64,000 bases of DNA, taken from positions 38,626,001 through 38,690,000 of the forward strand of contig CM060734.1 of assembly GCA_030704615.1 (NCBI GenBank), given 5' to 3'. Each line of letters starts with the position of its first letter. Within the stretch, counting starts at the first letter, position 1. Positions 25,592 through 37,659 of the stretch are shown one piece after another. The notes under the pieces were generated by a model. That model had not been told where the DNA came from. It did not search any database and was given only the letters and a program-made list of their open reading frames with translations. The DNA comes from Takakia lepidozioides (taxonomy: Eukaryota; Plantae; Bryophyta). The position numbers and the translations under genes were made by a program.

Positions 25592-26343
25592 ATGTTATTA
25601 GAATTATGAAGAAGGTGGGGCCATGTGGTCCCGGGGCTTATAAGAGCTGCTTTCTATGTTCCCGGCCCACCGTTTAAGGGAGGAAACGCACAAAATGGCC
25701 GGGTACACATATCGCTTCCATGCATGGGGCGGCAGGTCCCGGTCGCCGAGCTAGCACGTTTGTAGCACACCCCAATAATATTAGAAGCAGCCCATATTTT
25801 TTTAGGCGAAATAAAGCCAGAAAGCACTCGAACTTTGTGGGTTGATGCCCTTGTAAAAAAACAGGGGAATAAACGAAAAAAAAACCAGAAAGTGTGCGTT
25901 CCCTGGCGGAGTGTTACCATAATTCACCAAGGGAACCACCCATTGATGCCTGAGAACAGGATCCCGTGGCACCCGCCATCCAACGGCCGGCGCCTGTTGG
26001 CGTGGTATCCATGGGGGATCTCGCAACGTGCTCTGCCCTAAGCCGCCCGTTCGCCAAGCGTTTTAGGGCCGGAGGGGATGGCTGTCACCACTGCACAACG
26101 GTTGTCACTCTGAGTTCATCGCCTACTATGTTGTGCCTTGAGTTCATATGCGTCGCCATGTTTTTCGCATCTACACCTCCCTCAATAACTATTGTTGAGA
26201 TAATTCTCTTTTAAGAAAAAACATAATGGTTGATATGTGATAAAATAAAATAAAAAATATGTTATAATTTTTCTGCTCTATAGGAATAACAATTATCTAG
26301 GGTCGACTGTATGGAGCCAGAATAATGACATTGGCCTTTTTAA

Positions 26344-27163
26344 CCCTTAAGTTCCCAAGCGACCTGAATCGGGTCACTTTGAATTTGCAGTTCGACCTAA
26401 TTTTTGCAGATCTAATCTGATGGGGCCCACTCCTGAAGCGTTAATGACAAAGGATTTGTTTGGAGTGCGATGCAAGAAACAAAAAAGAAAAAAGAAAAAA
26501 AAAAAAGCTTCAACCTACAAAAAATATCTTAGAGCTCTCATTTACATTTTGGGGTCTGAAAAGGGCATGTTGACCGCCGACGTGGCAGGTAAACAAGCCC
26601 AAAACAGATTGCACTCCGAAGGCCATTTTTGGCATAAAATTAGCAATTTTGGAAAAAGCACTTCACCTTGTGGTGTGTGAGCATTACATACACACATCCA
26701 CCATTGGCTTTTAAAAAATTTGTAGAAAAAAAAGTACTTCATTTGGAGGCACATTTTCTCTTGTCAATTTTGAGATTTCAACCCCCATGTAATTGCATGC
26801 ATAGCAAGCATAGGTGAAAAAATCAGTTGGACCTGCAATTTAGTGGGGTCATAGCCACTCCAATATTGATTTGGAAATGGTGGGTCCTGGGGCAAGCAAA
26901 ATTGGATAAAGCTAGGTTTTGATTTGGTCAAACCAATTTCTTTCTCACTTTTTCTTTGGGACTTGATATTTGAGGTCCGGGCCAACGCTATAATCTCACA
27001 ATTTCCACGGTGGACTTGGCTCATATTTTGCTATGTCATGCATAAATGAGCTGGGCCCATTGCTATAAGGCTGGAATCTCTGGATGATTTTTGGTAGGTT
27101 TCTAGGGGCAGCTGGGTACCCAAAATTGGTAAAAAGTCAAAAAAGGGCTTGGGAACTTAAGGG
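26344..27163. mobile_element. Non-autonomous piggyBac-type MITE
   Basis: Perfect 17-bp TIR CCCTTAAGTTCCCAAGC at both ends, flanked by TTAA at 26340-26343 and 27164-27167. Confidence 0.92.
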
Positions 27164-28508
27164 TTAAGAAGCCACTTTGTTGCAATATAAGGGCCTTTTG
27201 AGCCAGATTTATCTACCCTGCTTTGAACATGTGTCGCCCTTGCAATGTCTTCTTGGTCATATATGGTCGCCATATTGCGACAGTATGGTGCGTAGTTGTA
27301 GCCATGTACAATCCACGTGGAAAATAGCTGGTTTGCCACCTACACACTCTACCCCACCAGTTTGTAGCCACATGGCCGCTGAACATGAAATGAAAAAAAA
27401 TGGGCTGATTGGAAGGGAGCGGCAGCCCAATACTGCGAATTGAATTGTGTCCACTTACACTAAAGTCACGCTTACCTACAGTATCCTCTACCACCTCACG
27501 CTAAAGTCCAAAAAGAGCACCTGGTCGTCGAGCTCCACATGATTGTGGAAATGAGCTCAAGATCTGCGCTATTTTCTCCAAGCGCTCGCAAACTCATTCT
27601 TTTGCGGGCCGGGCTCCTCCCACATGGAAGCACGCTCTAAGTGGATGTACTACTAAGGACTAAAGCTATAGCATTGAGTGGGGGGCGCATTTGGCCTGAA
27701 AATAATGCTATAATGGTTATTCATGACTTTATATGAACTAGTCATCATGCCAAAAGTTTAGCATATGGTATTAGCTTCAAAACTCAAAATGGCTCAAAAA
27801 TCGCATCAATGTGTAAAATGAGATGTTTAGGGTGATATGAGTAAGCCTATAAGTAAACCACTCATAAAATTCAGCGTGCAAAAGACCCAACCCCCAACCC
27901 ATACTCATATGAAGTATTGCAATACCAAGCTTAGAATGGGGTACCCCCAATATGTCTAAGCGTGCGTGAAAGTGCCCCAACCCCTACCAAAGAGGTAATG
28001 TGTAGCGGCTACCCATGTTAGTATAAGACGTGTGTGCATTTTGGGTGTAGGGACGAGTATGAACCCGTAGTTGGGTAGATTTTTCAAAGTGCAAATAAAA
28101 TGGGCCCCGTTTAGTTGTCCTAAGATTGTTGAATTGACCAATGCTCAGAACCGGGCTTATATGTTTATAGTTTATACCTATCTAAACTTGATTAGGTATG
28201 ATATGTATATCTGCGTATATCATTAAACCAAGTTTAAGAATTAAGAAAAAATTTAGACAACATGGGCATCCCAAAATAGTGTTAATGTCTCTAACACTAA
28301 AAATTAAGAAGCAACAAAAACAAATCACACTATATGATCCTCTCTCTATATATATGATTCATTAGAAAATAGTTTAAATGGATGAAATTACAAAAAAAAG
28401 GTGGACGCGTTGCCAAACCAAGCGTAACTTATGGTATCATTTGATCCCATAGGGCTATTGCCTTCCGGTGGGAAGTATGAAATTACACAGATAAATAGAT
28501 GAATTGAC

Positions 28509-29295
28509 CAGTGTTGTACCGGTATATAGGGTATTCCATGGTATGTGCACAGGTATATGCAATGGTATCAAGAACCCGACCAGCCTCATATCAACCAAGA
28601 GAAATACCCCGGCTATGCACAAGTTGCCCCCAATAAGTCCCAAATTAATACCCTGGCTTCTACCATAGCAGTATGGTATTCATTAATGTCATACCCTTGT
28701 AGATACCAATACTCCCCCCTTGGTGTGGCGAAGTCCCTCGAGTATTTGCTGTATAGCATAGGTGGGGGGGGGATGATTCTTCAATGTCCAGTGTAGTGGC
28801 TGTAAATTTTACTTCAGAGGCTGATTTGGTCAAGGATCGTGAAGATGAATTGCAAGAGGCTGGGAGATTAGACTTCTTAGCCTGCTACTAATGGGATTGA
28901 TTCCATCTAAAATTGAATCAAATTCTGCAACCACTCAATTGTTCTAGAGGCACTTACAATTGTATTTATGGTGACTTCAAGAAAATACTTCTTTGATTTA
29001 AAACATCTACTCAGGAATTTTGGTACAACAAATTTGCTCTTATTATTTTAAGGTCTGCAATGATCTTATGGAATACCAGACCCAGATATATGTATCACTG
29101 GTATCACCCAAACAACTACTCTATATTTATACCAGATCAAACAAAACTACTCACTTCTATTTATTTATACCAGTCCAGTATCTAAATTTTTTTAAATTAA
29201 TGTAACACCAGGACCTGCCATATCTCAAATTTAGTCCATAATTCAATACCAGTACTGGTCTGGTATGCCCAAATTTTAATATTGGTACAACACTG
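28509..29295. mobile_element. Non-autonomous hAT element (CAGTGTTG TIR)
   Basis: CAGTGTTGTACC...GGTACAACACTG with exact 8-bp TSD GAATTGAC. Confidence 0.92.
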
Positions 29296-30443
29296 GAATT
29301 GACACACAATCATACCCATTTAGTGAAGTTATTTCTTAAACAAGTAAAACATTGCATTTCCTTTGTAAAATTTATGGGAGAGAAAAAAAATAGAGCATAA
29401 CAATATTTACAGAGGTAATAGTTTTCCAAGTTTGACAGGGCATCAAGTTCCTTTTTTTTTGTTTTTGTTTTTGATAAACTCCAGAGTAGTATTGGTATAA
29501 CCCTGAAGAGCTTTATTAAGAGAAACCCGCATACTATAGGACAACCGTACTGTACAAGAGAGGATCGGAAAGGTACCTTACCTGGAGGGAGAGCGAGAAA
29601 AGAAAGAAAAAGGAAGCAAATAGGATGAATGAAAGAGAAAGAAAAATAGAGACTTAACTCAACTCGCATGTGGCGTCGTGTCCCATCCTAGTCTTCAAGT
29701 ACATCAGACACTGAGAAGAGTCAGAGAGAGCTGCAAGGCAGACGAGATTTGCTTGATTACCTGTTGCAGCAAGCGTGGTGCGGTACACTTTCAACAGATA
29801 GCATCTCTACTAGAGGTTGGAGCGACTGCCTGGAACCGTTAAAGGCAGGCGTGCCTGACTTGACATATCCAGAGGGATTACCTGGCAGAGTAACCTAGAT
29901 TTTGTCGTGCCACAGTCCATTATGTGTGCGCAATGGCCCCAACTGGTTGCCACTTGCAAGGTACAGTCCGCGGCGGGCTGCATGAGGTCAGCCCGAGGGG
30001 GTCACATGCAGAGGTGGTGTATTGACACGCACAGGCCAAGCGCTTCAGGTGACTGCCTGCCCTCATCACTGCCCGTTGTCTCCTGAACCATGAATTCTCA
30101 CGTATCACTTCTGTGTTGCCTCATCAGTCCCCTGACAGAAATTGGGCTACACGTGCTCAAAATTTCCCATCTGATAATCAGTGCTACTCATACTTTTAGC
30201 ATTCATTATCAGATCAATCAGTGCCGGGCCCGGCATGGGAGCAGCTCCTCCCGACCTTTCTATCTGCCTCCTTCATGTTTCTTCAACCTTTTATATATAT
30301 ATATATATATACATTAGGGAAACACCTGGGAGCTGACAGCTCACAAATCAGGCCCCTTGATAGCGAGATGAGAAAATAACCAGTGTTGGGCGGTTCTCTG
30401 TATTCGTGACCAATAACCGACGGGTCCGGTTCCGAATATATAC

Positions 30444-31429
30444 CAGTGTTGGCGGGTATATGAATTACCCTGATATACCCGCTATATTGATATATATATA
30501 CCCTGGTGTGGCAAGTTTAGGTACCCGGATGTATACCCTTATATCAGGGTATATTTTTATGATATACCCTTATCCTTATATTTACCCTGCATCAAGACCC
30601 TCAATATACCCTACTTTCCTGAAGGGTATATGTTAAAATGAAGGGTATAATAGTATATCTAATCAGGGCCTTTATGTGCCTTCATAGCCGCTATGTGCTA
30701 GGTCTTTTCTCTTTTTGTTGTGCTGTTAGGGAGCCTTGAGCTATAAGAAAGATCCAATCACAACTAAAACAAATGTTACATATATCATTCCTTAAATGCC
30801 ATATAACCCAAACAATACCTCTTTAGATCTCGCATATATATATACATAAAAAGAAACCTGACAGCCCACAATTTAGGTCCTTGAGGGGTTTTTATTTATT
30901 TATTTATTTAAGGAAATATGGGAGCGACAGCCCACAATTCAGGCCCTTGAGGAGGGGGAAAGATTAACCCCCTTTCATTTATGGGCCGTGAGACCTACGG
31001 GACGATCAACGCCCAGACATACACACCAACAATCCCACACACAGGGCAGGGCAGCGGGTTCGAACCCCGAACCACCTGAGTGACACACACTGTGCACTTA
31101 CTAGCTGAGCTACCAGCGGATGTGCTTTTTTTTAAATCTCAAACCTCCTCCATCTTGCATTGGAAATTAACACCAAAATATTATGCAATATCTTATCAAT
31201 TTTCTCTTTTACCATACCCGGAAACTATTCATACCCTCAGGGTATATTTTGGCATATATATCCATACCCGGGGGTTATATAGAAATCTGAAAAGTTAATT
31301 TACCAATACCCGGAGGATAAATAATTTTTTGAGATTTCAATTTATCCATACCGAGGGTAAATGATTTGACAAAAATAACTTACTTATACCCTAAGGGTAT
31401 ATTGAAATCAATATACCCGCACAACACTG
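30444..31429. mobile_element. Non-autonomous hAT element nested inside 30381-32055
   Basis: CAGTGTTGGCGGGTATAT...ATATACCCGCACAACACTG with exact 8-bp TSD ATATATAC. Many ATACCC/GGGTAT subterminal motifs. Confidence 0.92.
30889..31125 (-). mobile_element. tRNA-derived SINE
   Basis: Minus strand: A-box-like TAGCTCAGCTAG, B-box GGTTCGAACCC (31056-31067), body, then an A-rich (AAAT)n tail. Related 3' ends (..GCTCCCAGGTTTCCTTT+A-rich) at ~10296-10333, 30318-30360, 30852-30888, 32147-32192 and 44955-44990. Confidence 0.8.
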
Positions 31430-32517
31430 ATATATACCCACTGCACTGGAGGTTCTAAAAAACTTTAATAACCTGCAGTGCAAGGAACCGGCGGGGCCCA
31501 CATGCCCTGGGTTTGGAATAGGCGAGGCATGAGACATTGTTTTTAATTAACCTAACCTGTGTGGGGGTAAGATGAGACCCCCGGTTACAGTTAATGATAC
31601 TTGCTGGTAACCAGCGGTTACTTGTTCTACGTTTAGCCAGCATATCGTGTTTACTCTCTTATTATTCTTGGTACAATGATAAGGAAGAGGTCTTTGTGAA
31701 TCATATGAATGCATACAAAGTGTGTCGGAATAAATTTAGAAGTGCTATAGTTCACCAAAGTGCCGAAGCCGTAAGGCTCTTCTAACCGTAACCGTTACAA
31801 AGACCGGCAATTCTATCCCGGTTATTAGATTTATAATATATCCGAACCGGATTGGCTAACCGGCATATGAAAGTAGCCAAATAACCGGTATGTATCAGAA
31901 CCGGAAGACATGAAAAGACACAATAACAGGCTCCGGTGGTTCTTCAAAATCTTCAAAATCTAAATAACCTGAACCGGAGGTTCCTAGAAGACAGTCATAA
32001 AAAGACAACCTGAAGGGGGGGGTTATCAAAAATATTACATAACCGCCCAACACTGAAAATAACCTCTTCCTGATTTTATAATCATATTATATAGTATGTG
32101 TATGTATTAAGAAAACTGTTTCGAAACAAAAAAAAAACAAAAAAACATGAATTGTGAGCAGTCGCTCCCAGGTTTCCTTTACAAATAAAAAACCAGAAAA
32201 AACACAAATTTTAAAGTTTGAGGGGGAAAATAAACCCTCTTTTCGTGTACAGGGTTTGAACCCCAGACGCTCAATTCGATGCACAGGGCCACAGCCCTGC
32301 TATGGCTTACGTTTCATTATTTTACAGAAATATAGCCTTCTATACACTACCGTCATGCTGCCAATTGGAGCTGATCTGCCATGTCGTCAGCTCTAATATT
32401 GCCAAAGAAACAAAGTAAAAATATTTACATCTGCAAAAGTTACATTCATTTGCATGTTCTATGAAACCTGAAACGGGTTCCATAGTAACTTCATTTGCTG
32501 TACAAGCTCCAGTTTAA

Positions 32518-32535
32518 CCCTTAAAGGACGATGGG
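32518..32535. mobile_element. Isolated piggyBac-type terminus
   Basis: TTAA|CCCTTAAAGGACGA, the same family as the 22831/23660 TIRs. Partner end not found. Confidence 0.6.
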
Positions 32536-33749
32536 GTTTGCTGGAAATTGGCCTCGCAACCAGACCCCTTTGCAGGTTCGGGACCACAGCTCCTGTCTGG
32601 GGACAAACCAGTCCTTTCCACTGTAGGCTTGAATGCCCACCTACCCTGGGCATCCAACGCAAAAATAAAATTTGAAATCCACCGCTGGATCTACGAGATT
32701 ATAACATTTGATTGTTGAGGAATGGTGAAATCAACAAATGGTGTTACCCTGAAATCTTGTATGGCAAAATAAATGACCGAAAGTTTTTCCAAACAGCACA
32801 GGAAAGAGGGAACGGAATCCATTCCCGGATCAAGTCGGGCATATGTGGACAAAATCTCACCTCTAAATATGCTCCTATGATGGGGCCTCCTTTGTATGTG
32901 TTTCGAATGGGGTAGGTGAGTTTTAGGTGGCTATTGCATTTTGACATCCAATAGCCACCATTGCTAAAAGCAAAATAGCCATGCCCAACTGTGGAGAGAC
33001 TGCCAATTTTTTGGCACATTCCTGCCACAAACTTTTCTAAATCATGAATAGCCAAAACACTTTCTTTTGGCTAAACCCACCTGACCATATGTAGTCAGTG
33101 GCCACATTTGGGGACACCACCAAGTTTCTGTTTACAGAATTGACCTCCAGCTCTAAGTAAGTGCTCCACAGCAGAAATGCCTCTGAGAGTCGAACAAAAT
33201 TATGTGTATTGTATCCAAGTGATGTAAATTTTTGGAAGTCCTACAGATACAAAGGGAGGCTTGTTTGCAAAATGGTGAATGCAATGCAAGTTGTGTGAGA
33301 CCCAAGTGGGAATCGAATCCACTGCCATGCCCAGCCACCAAGTGCCTTGCATGTGGGCCAAAGTGAACATGCAAATGGGAGCATCTCAAAGAGCAAGTTG
33401 AGGCAAGTCTCAGCAATATTGCACTCTGTATGGCGAAATGCCCAGATGACAAGACTTCAGACTCTCGTGCATCAAAGACATTGCGGGCATAGTCTCCCAA
33501 GATGGGATCCATCATGGCTGGCACAAACTGCTGAACTGTGTGAAAGTTAGTTACAGAAAATCAGTTATGGGAGCAAATAAAGGATAATACTATGCATCCC
33601 TACTATCCCCCAATATGCACCAAGGAAAAGCAGTCTGACATAAGCCAAAGTGACCCCAAGAGAGAGAGAGCCAATGGCCATCATGAAAATCCACCCACCC
33701 TGGATGGAGGAGAGATATAATAAGCAATGAGTGAGGAAACATGATTACA

Positions 33750-34393
33750 CTACAGGGTGGATGAATTGGTTTCAGAGCTATCTGCAATGAGCATGACAGT
33801 GGCAAGGATTGCCATGGCAGCCGTTTCTACGTGTAAACGGCGAGGGCCAAGACCAACAGGTACTGCCCCTACACCAACCAATAATTCAATCTCCTCGGTG
33901 GTAAAATCTGCATGCATATGAACCCCAGCTGTTTTAATCAATTCGTAAGTTACGGCCAAAGAAGTGTGAAGTGTCTCTTTAGCACATAAAGCGCGATCAT
34001 CTACCGCAAAGATTTTATGTCCTTCAGCAAAGATCAACAGAATTCACATTTGACATCAGAGAATAGTTGCATGGCCACGTTAGAAATACATTAATCCTTG
34101 CTTACCTCCTTTCTGTCAGACTCATAGGTGCCCAAGGAAACCAGAAATGCCTCTTGGCAAATCATTTAATGTTAGAAGTGCATGCCCTTTGGCACAAATG
34201 ACAATATTCATTACCTTGTCAAGTACTGAGGGAATCCCCTTGTAACAAAAGAAATGAAAGTTCAATTTTGCTTACCTCCTTTGTGTCCAACTAATAGGAG
34301 TCCATCTCGCACTCTCTTTGGCAGGCGCAACACTGCTTTGACTAATGGTGTTGCCCCAGCTGCTGCCAAGGAGGCCACACCTGCCTTTGCTAC
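33750..34393 (-). pseudogene. rsmE: 3' two exons of a 16S rRNA m3U1498 methyltransferase (RsmE family); exons ~34393-34276 and 33907-33750
   Basis: ..AGATPLVKAV..DGLLLVGHKG|DFTTEEIELLVGVGAVPVGLGPRRLHVETAAMAILATVML. The family GPEG motif reads GHKG. No upstream exons recognised. Confidence 0.8.
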
Positions 34394-35969
34394 TTGACAC
34401 AACACACCCACAAATTTGCACACTTGTCACCACTGACTTTCTTCAGATTTTCCAAGCCTTGACAAACCTGTGAAGAGACTAAATGAACAATTCTCCTTAG
34501 CACTTTCTCAAAGCTCATCAGAGGTAAAACAATCACAGTTGCAGGAGCCCCAATGGGTATGGAGAACCTCTCAAGCAACCGACCCCAAGGGGCCATTGGT
34601 AGGTGCCTCATGCACCCTTATGATGTGTAGGCTATATCTCATGCCTTACTTAATAATGCAAAATGTTCCAGCTCCCTCCCAAGCAAACATGATTCATAAC
34701 TCTAACTCAGGGTTTTCACAAACTCCGGTAAAATGGGCAGCATCCTTACATCAGGCAATAGAGCTTGAACTCCCACTGGCTCCCGTACCTCCAGGGCATG
34801 TAGTCTTTGGCCTGCCTCACCAGTATAACAATTGAAACATGTTCAAACTCTGCTTTCTTCTTATGCATCAGAACATGCTGAAAAGCTAGAGTCAGATTAG
34901 TAACAGAGGCCCAAAGAATAAATGGAAGAAACTTGATGAGGTGCAAGGTGGGCCTACAAGAAGATGGGAGGCCTGAAGGCCCATTGGACACAAAGAAAGA
35001 AAGGAAGAAAAAGAAAGAAATGGATTGTATCCACTGTATCCATGGTAGAGAGACGCCACTTACTATCTACAATTTAGGGACAGTCCCTGCAGGATACTAG
35101 CCACAGCCTGTCATGGTCATTTGACCCACCAGGGTATGGAAGTCAGTTCAAACCACACAAATTCAACTACCATCCAGATAGTCCTAGTCATTAGTCCTAG
35201 TTTACCTGACATTCACATTGAACTAGCATGAGCTTAGTCCAGTGCTGCTGCAGCAAGCCTTTTACCTGTGGATGTGATTGCCTCGATGTGGAACATCAGT
35301 TACACTCGTCTTCTCTTGCCCAAAAGTTAAAGATTGTATCTAAAGATAAATGTACCACATGGGAAAAAATGTGCTGTGGAGGAGAAAGAAACAGCAAAGG
35401 AAACAGGGAAAGTTCAAAGCAAGTAAGAGCAATATCTTCTTGTTGCTGGCTGCATCCTCTTCTTGCTTCACCAATGCAGTTCCCTCATCTGTCACATGCT
35501 GCACTTACAAAACATATCTCAAGAACTGCCTCCAACCTCCCTCAACCAACAACTAGAAACTTGCTTCAGAGGCAGGAAATAAGTGTCACCATCACAAGAA
35601 CTGCCCTGATGTCAGAGTGTTGCCTCACACTCGTACAAGACGGTAGAAATTACTTACTTTGATAGGCCTTGGAAAGGAACCATGTGGGAATTGAACCCAC
35701 TGGCATGCCCAGCCAGAAGTGGGGCTCCATGCAGGACTGACATGTATGCAAATGCAAATGCAAGACTGACTGACTGACTGGCCAGTTTATTGTATGCTCG
35801 AAACTAGTACAACCCCCTGAAATGCCTTGGAGATGGTTTGAAACCTGCAGCAGCCCCAATGGATGTGAGATGCTAAACGTTAAAATTAAAGAAGAGCCTC
35901 AAAGCCCATTGCACATCACAAAACAAAGTCACATTTGACAGTGAAATAACCACACCAGTCCAATAGAAT

Positions 35970-36507
35970 CTAAGCTGGTGGGTAATTGGAATGCAAACTT
36001 GCAAAGCAAAGACCCGGACACGTGTATGTTTTGCACACTGAACAAGCCTGTTGGATGCGACGCTTGCATACCACACATTGACGTCGTGCTGCCACTTTCA
36101 TAACTTGATGGACAGCCTGCAAAGAGCGAGGGGCTGGATCCCCTTGCCGCCAACCCCATGTCAAAGCATCCGCTACAGCCAAATTGAATTGCAGATGATT
36201 CATTGGCTTCCAACCATTCCTCTCCAATGTAAGCATTGATTTTTCTGGTCCAGGTACCAAAAAAAACAACGGTGCCACCACTTATGAGAGTATGATGCAC
36301 AGAATATGCACCTCTCAACTGATCTGCCACATCCAATCCTCGCATGAATGCTTGATACATAGAGTGCACAGGGGAGCTAGGAACCAACCAAAGCGCTCGG
36401 TCAACCCACCTCTCAGCATAACAACCGTTTGCTATAGGATCTGATGCAGTTGACAGCAAAAACACCTCTTTGCTGTCACACTGCACAAATTGATCTACTG
36501 CGATCAA
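35970..36507 (-). mobile_element. piggyBac transposase C-terminal remnant with Cys-rich domain
   Basis: DSKEVFLLST...SPVHSMYQAFMRGLDVADQLRGAYS, then after a frameshift RRQCVVCKRRIQQACSVCKTYTCPGLCFASLH. Confidence 0.85.
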
Positions 36508-37659
36508 GAGGCCAGTTTGAGGTGGGAGGAGTTGAGCTTGTAAATTCCTCTTCCTCTCCGTTGGGCATTTGGAAAGGAGAGAGGCTCTTCATCAGGGCTT
36601 GATCAAAGCCCTGGGGGATGGGCTCCTAAGGTGAGAGAGAGACGACACATAAAATGGCCATTGAAAAGTACAATGATCTATCCAAACGAGCCATGCTAAG
36701 GTGGGAGAGGTTTCGGTTGTTTGACTATGTGAAGTGCTGGTCGCCGGCGATGGCCGTACCGTTCCGCGGCATTCCGGTCAAATCCCCATCCCCGCTGCTC
36801 CCCTCCCCTCTCACATGCGAGCCTGTATTCTAGGATAAAGCATTAAAAAATCAAGGGTATGGCAAGAAGCGGATGGTAGTGAGGTGATATGCAGTACTTA
36901 TATATTTCAAGACCCTGCTGCTGCTAAGTCCCCCTCCCCAGTAATGAAACAACTTTTTCATTTAAGTCTGTCACATGCTCAAGCGGATTTACTGCACCAC
37001 AACTTCACCATCTCTCCGGACAAATTAAGGAAACCTCGCTGCGAGCTAAAGTATGTTCTTCCTGGCATCATTGTTGCCTTTGACAATGGAATGCACTGTG
37101 CTGCATGGATCTGCCTTAGTAGTTTCTCTGGATGCTTCTAGATGGTTGAACAGGTGGGTGTGCAGTGTGCAGTATCCTCTTCCCGCTAAAGTTCATGAAT
37201 TTCAGGATTGTCATACATGACCTTCAATCAGTTTCTTATTCTTTGACTCTAGATTCCTGTCCTGCAACTTGCACCTAGCTCACAGAGTCCACAAACTTTC
37301 GAGGACTGGAGAGAGGCCCGGTGGAGTCGACGAAACCTACAATGGAAGTGGAAGTGACTATCCTATCGACAACCTTGGTGGCTCCAACGCCTGGTCCTAG
37401 TCAAGAGTTCCAGCGGTTGCTTCCAGCTTTGATCTCTGCATGCTAAAACTTCCTCCCGTGAGACGTCTCTTCCTGTTCGACGCAAAGGCCAATGAAGACC
37501 TCATCGTGGAGCAGGTCAATGAAACACTAAGGGAGAGTCTCTCAAGAGTGTTGGCAGAGTACTACCCATTTGCAGGTACTGATCCTTACCTTCAGAACCT
37601 TTTCTGCTGCAAAGAAGGTACCTGGACAAAGAAATGATGTCTTAAAGGCATACAGCACA

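Larger units (their letters stand above)
30381..32055. mobile_element. Non-autonomous hAT element hosting nested insertions
   Basis: CAGTGTTGGGCGGTT...AACCGCCCAACACTG with exact 8-bp TSD AAAATAAC. Confidence 0.92.

Noticed and set aside
31045-31125. Functional tRNA gene
   Set aside because: Acceptor and anticodon stems do not pair well, and it continues into a SINE body and tail.
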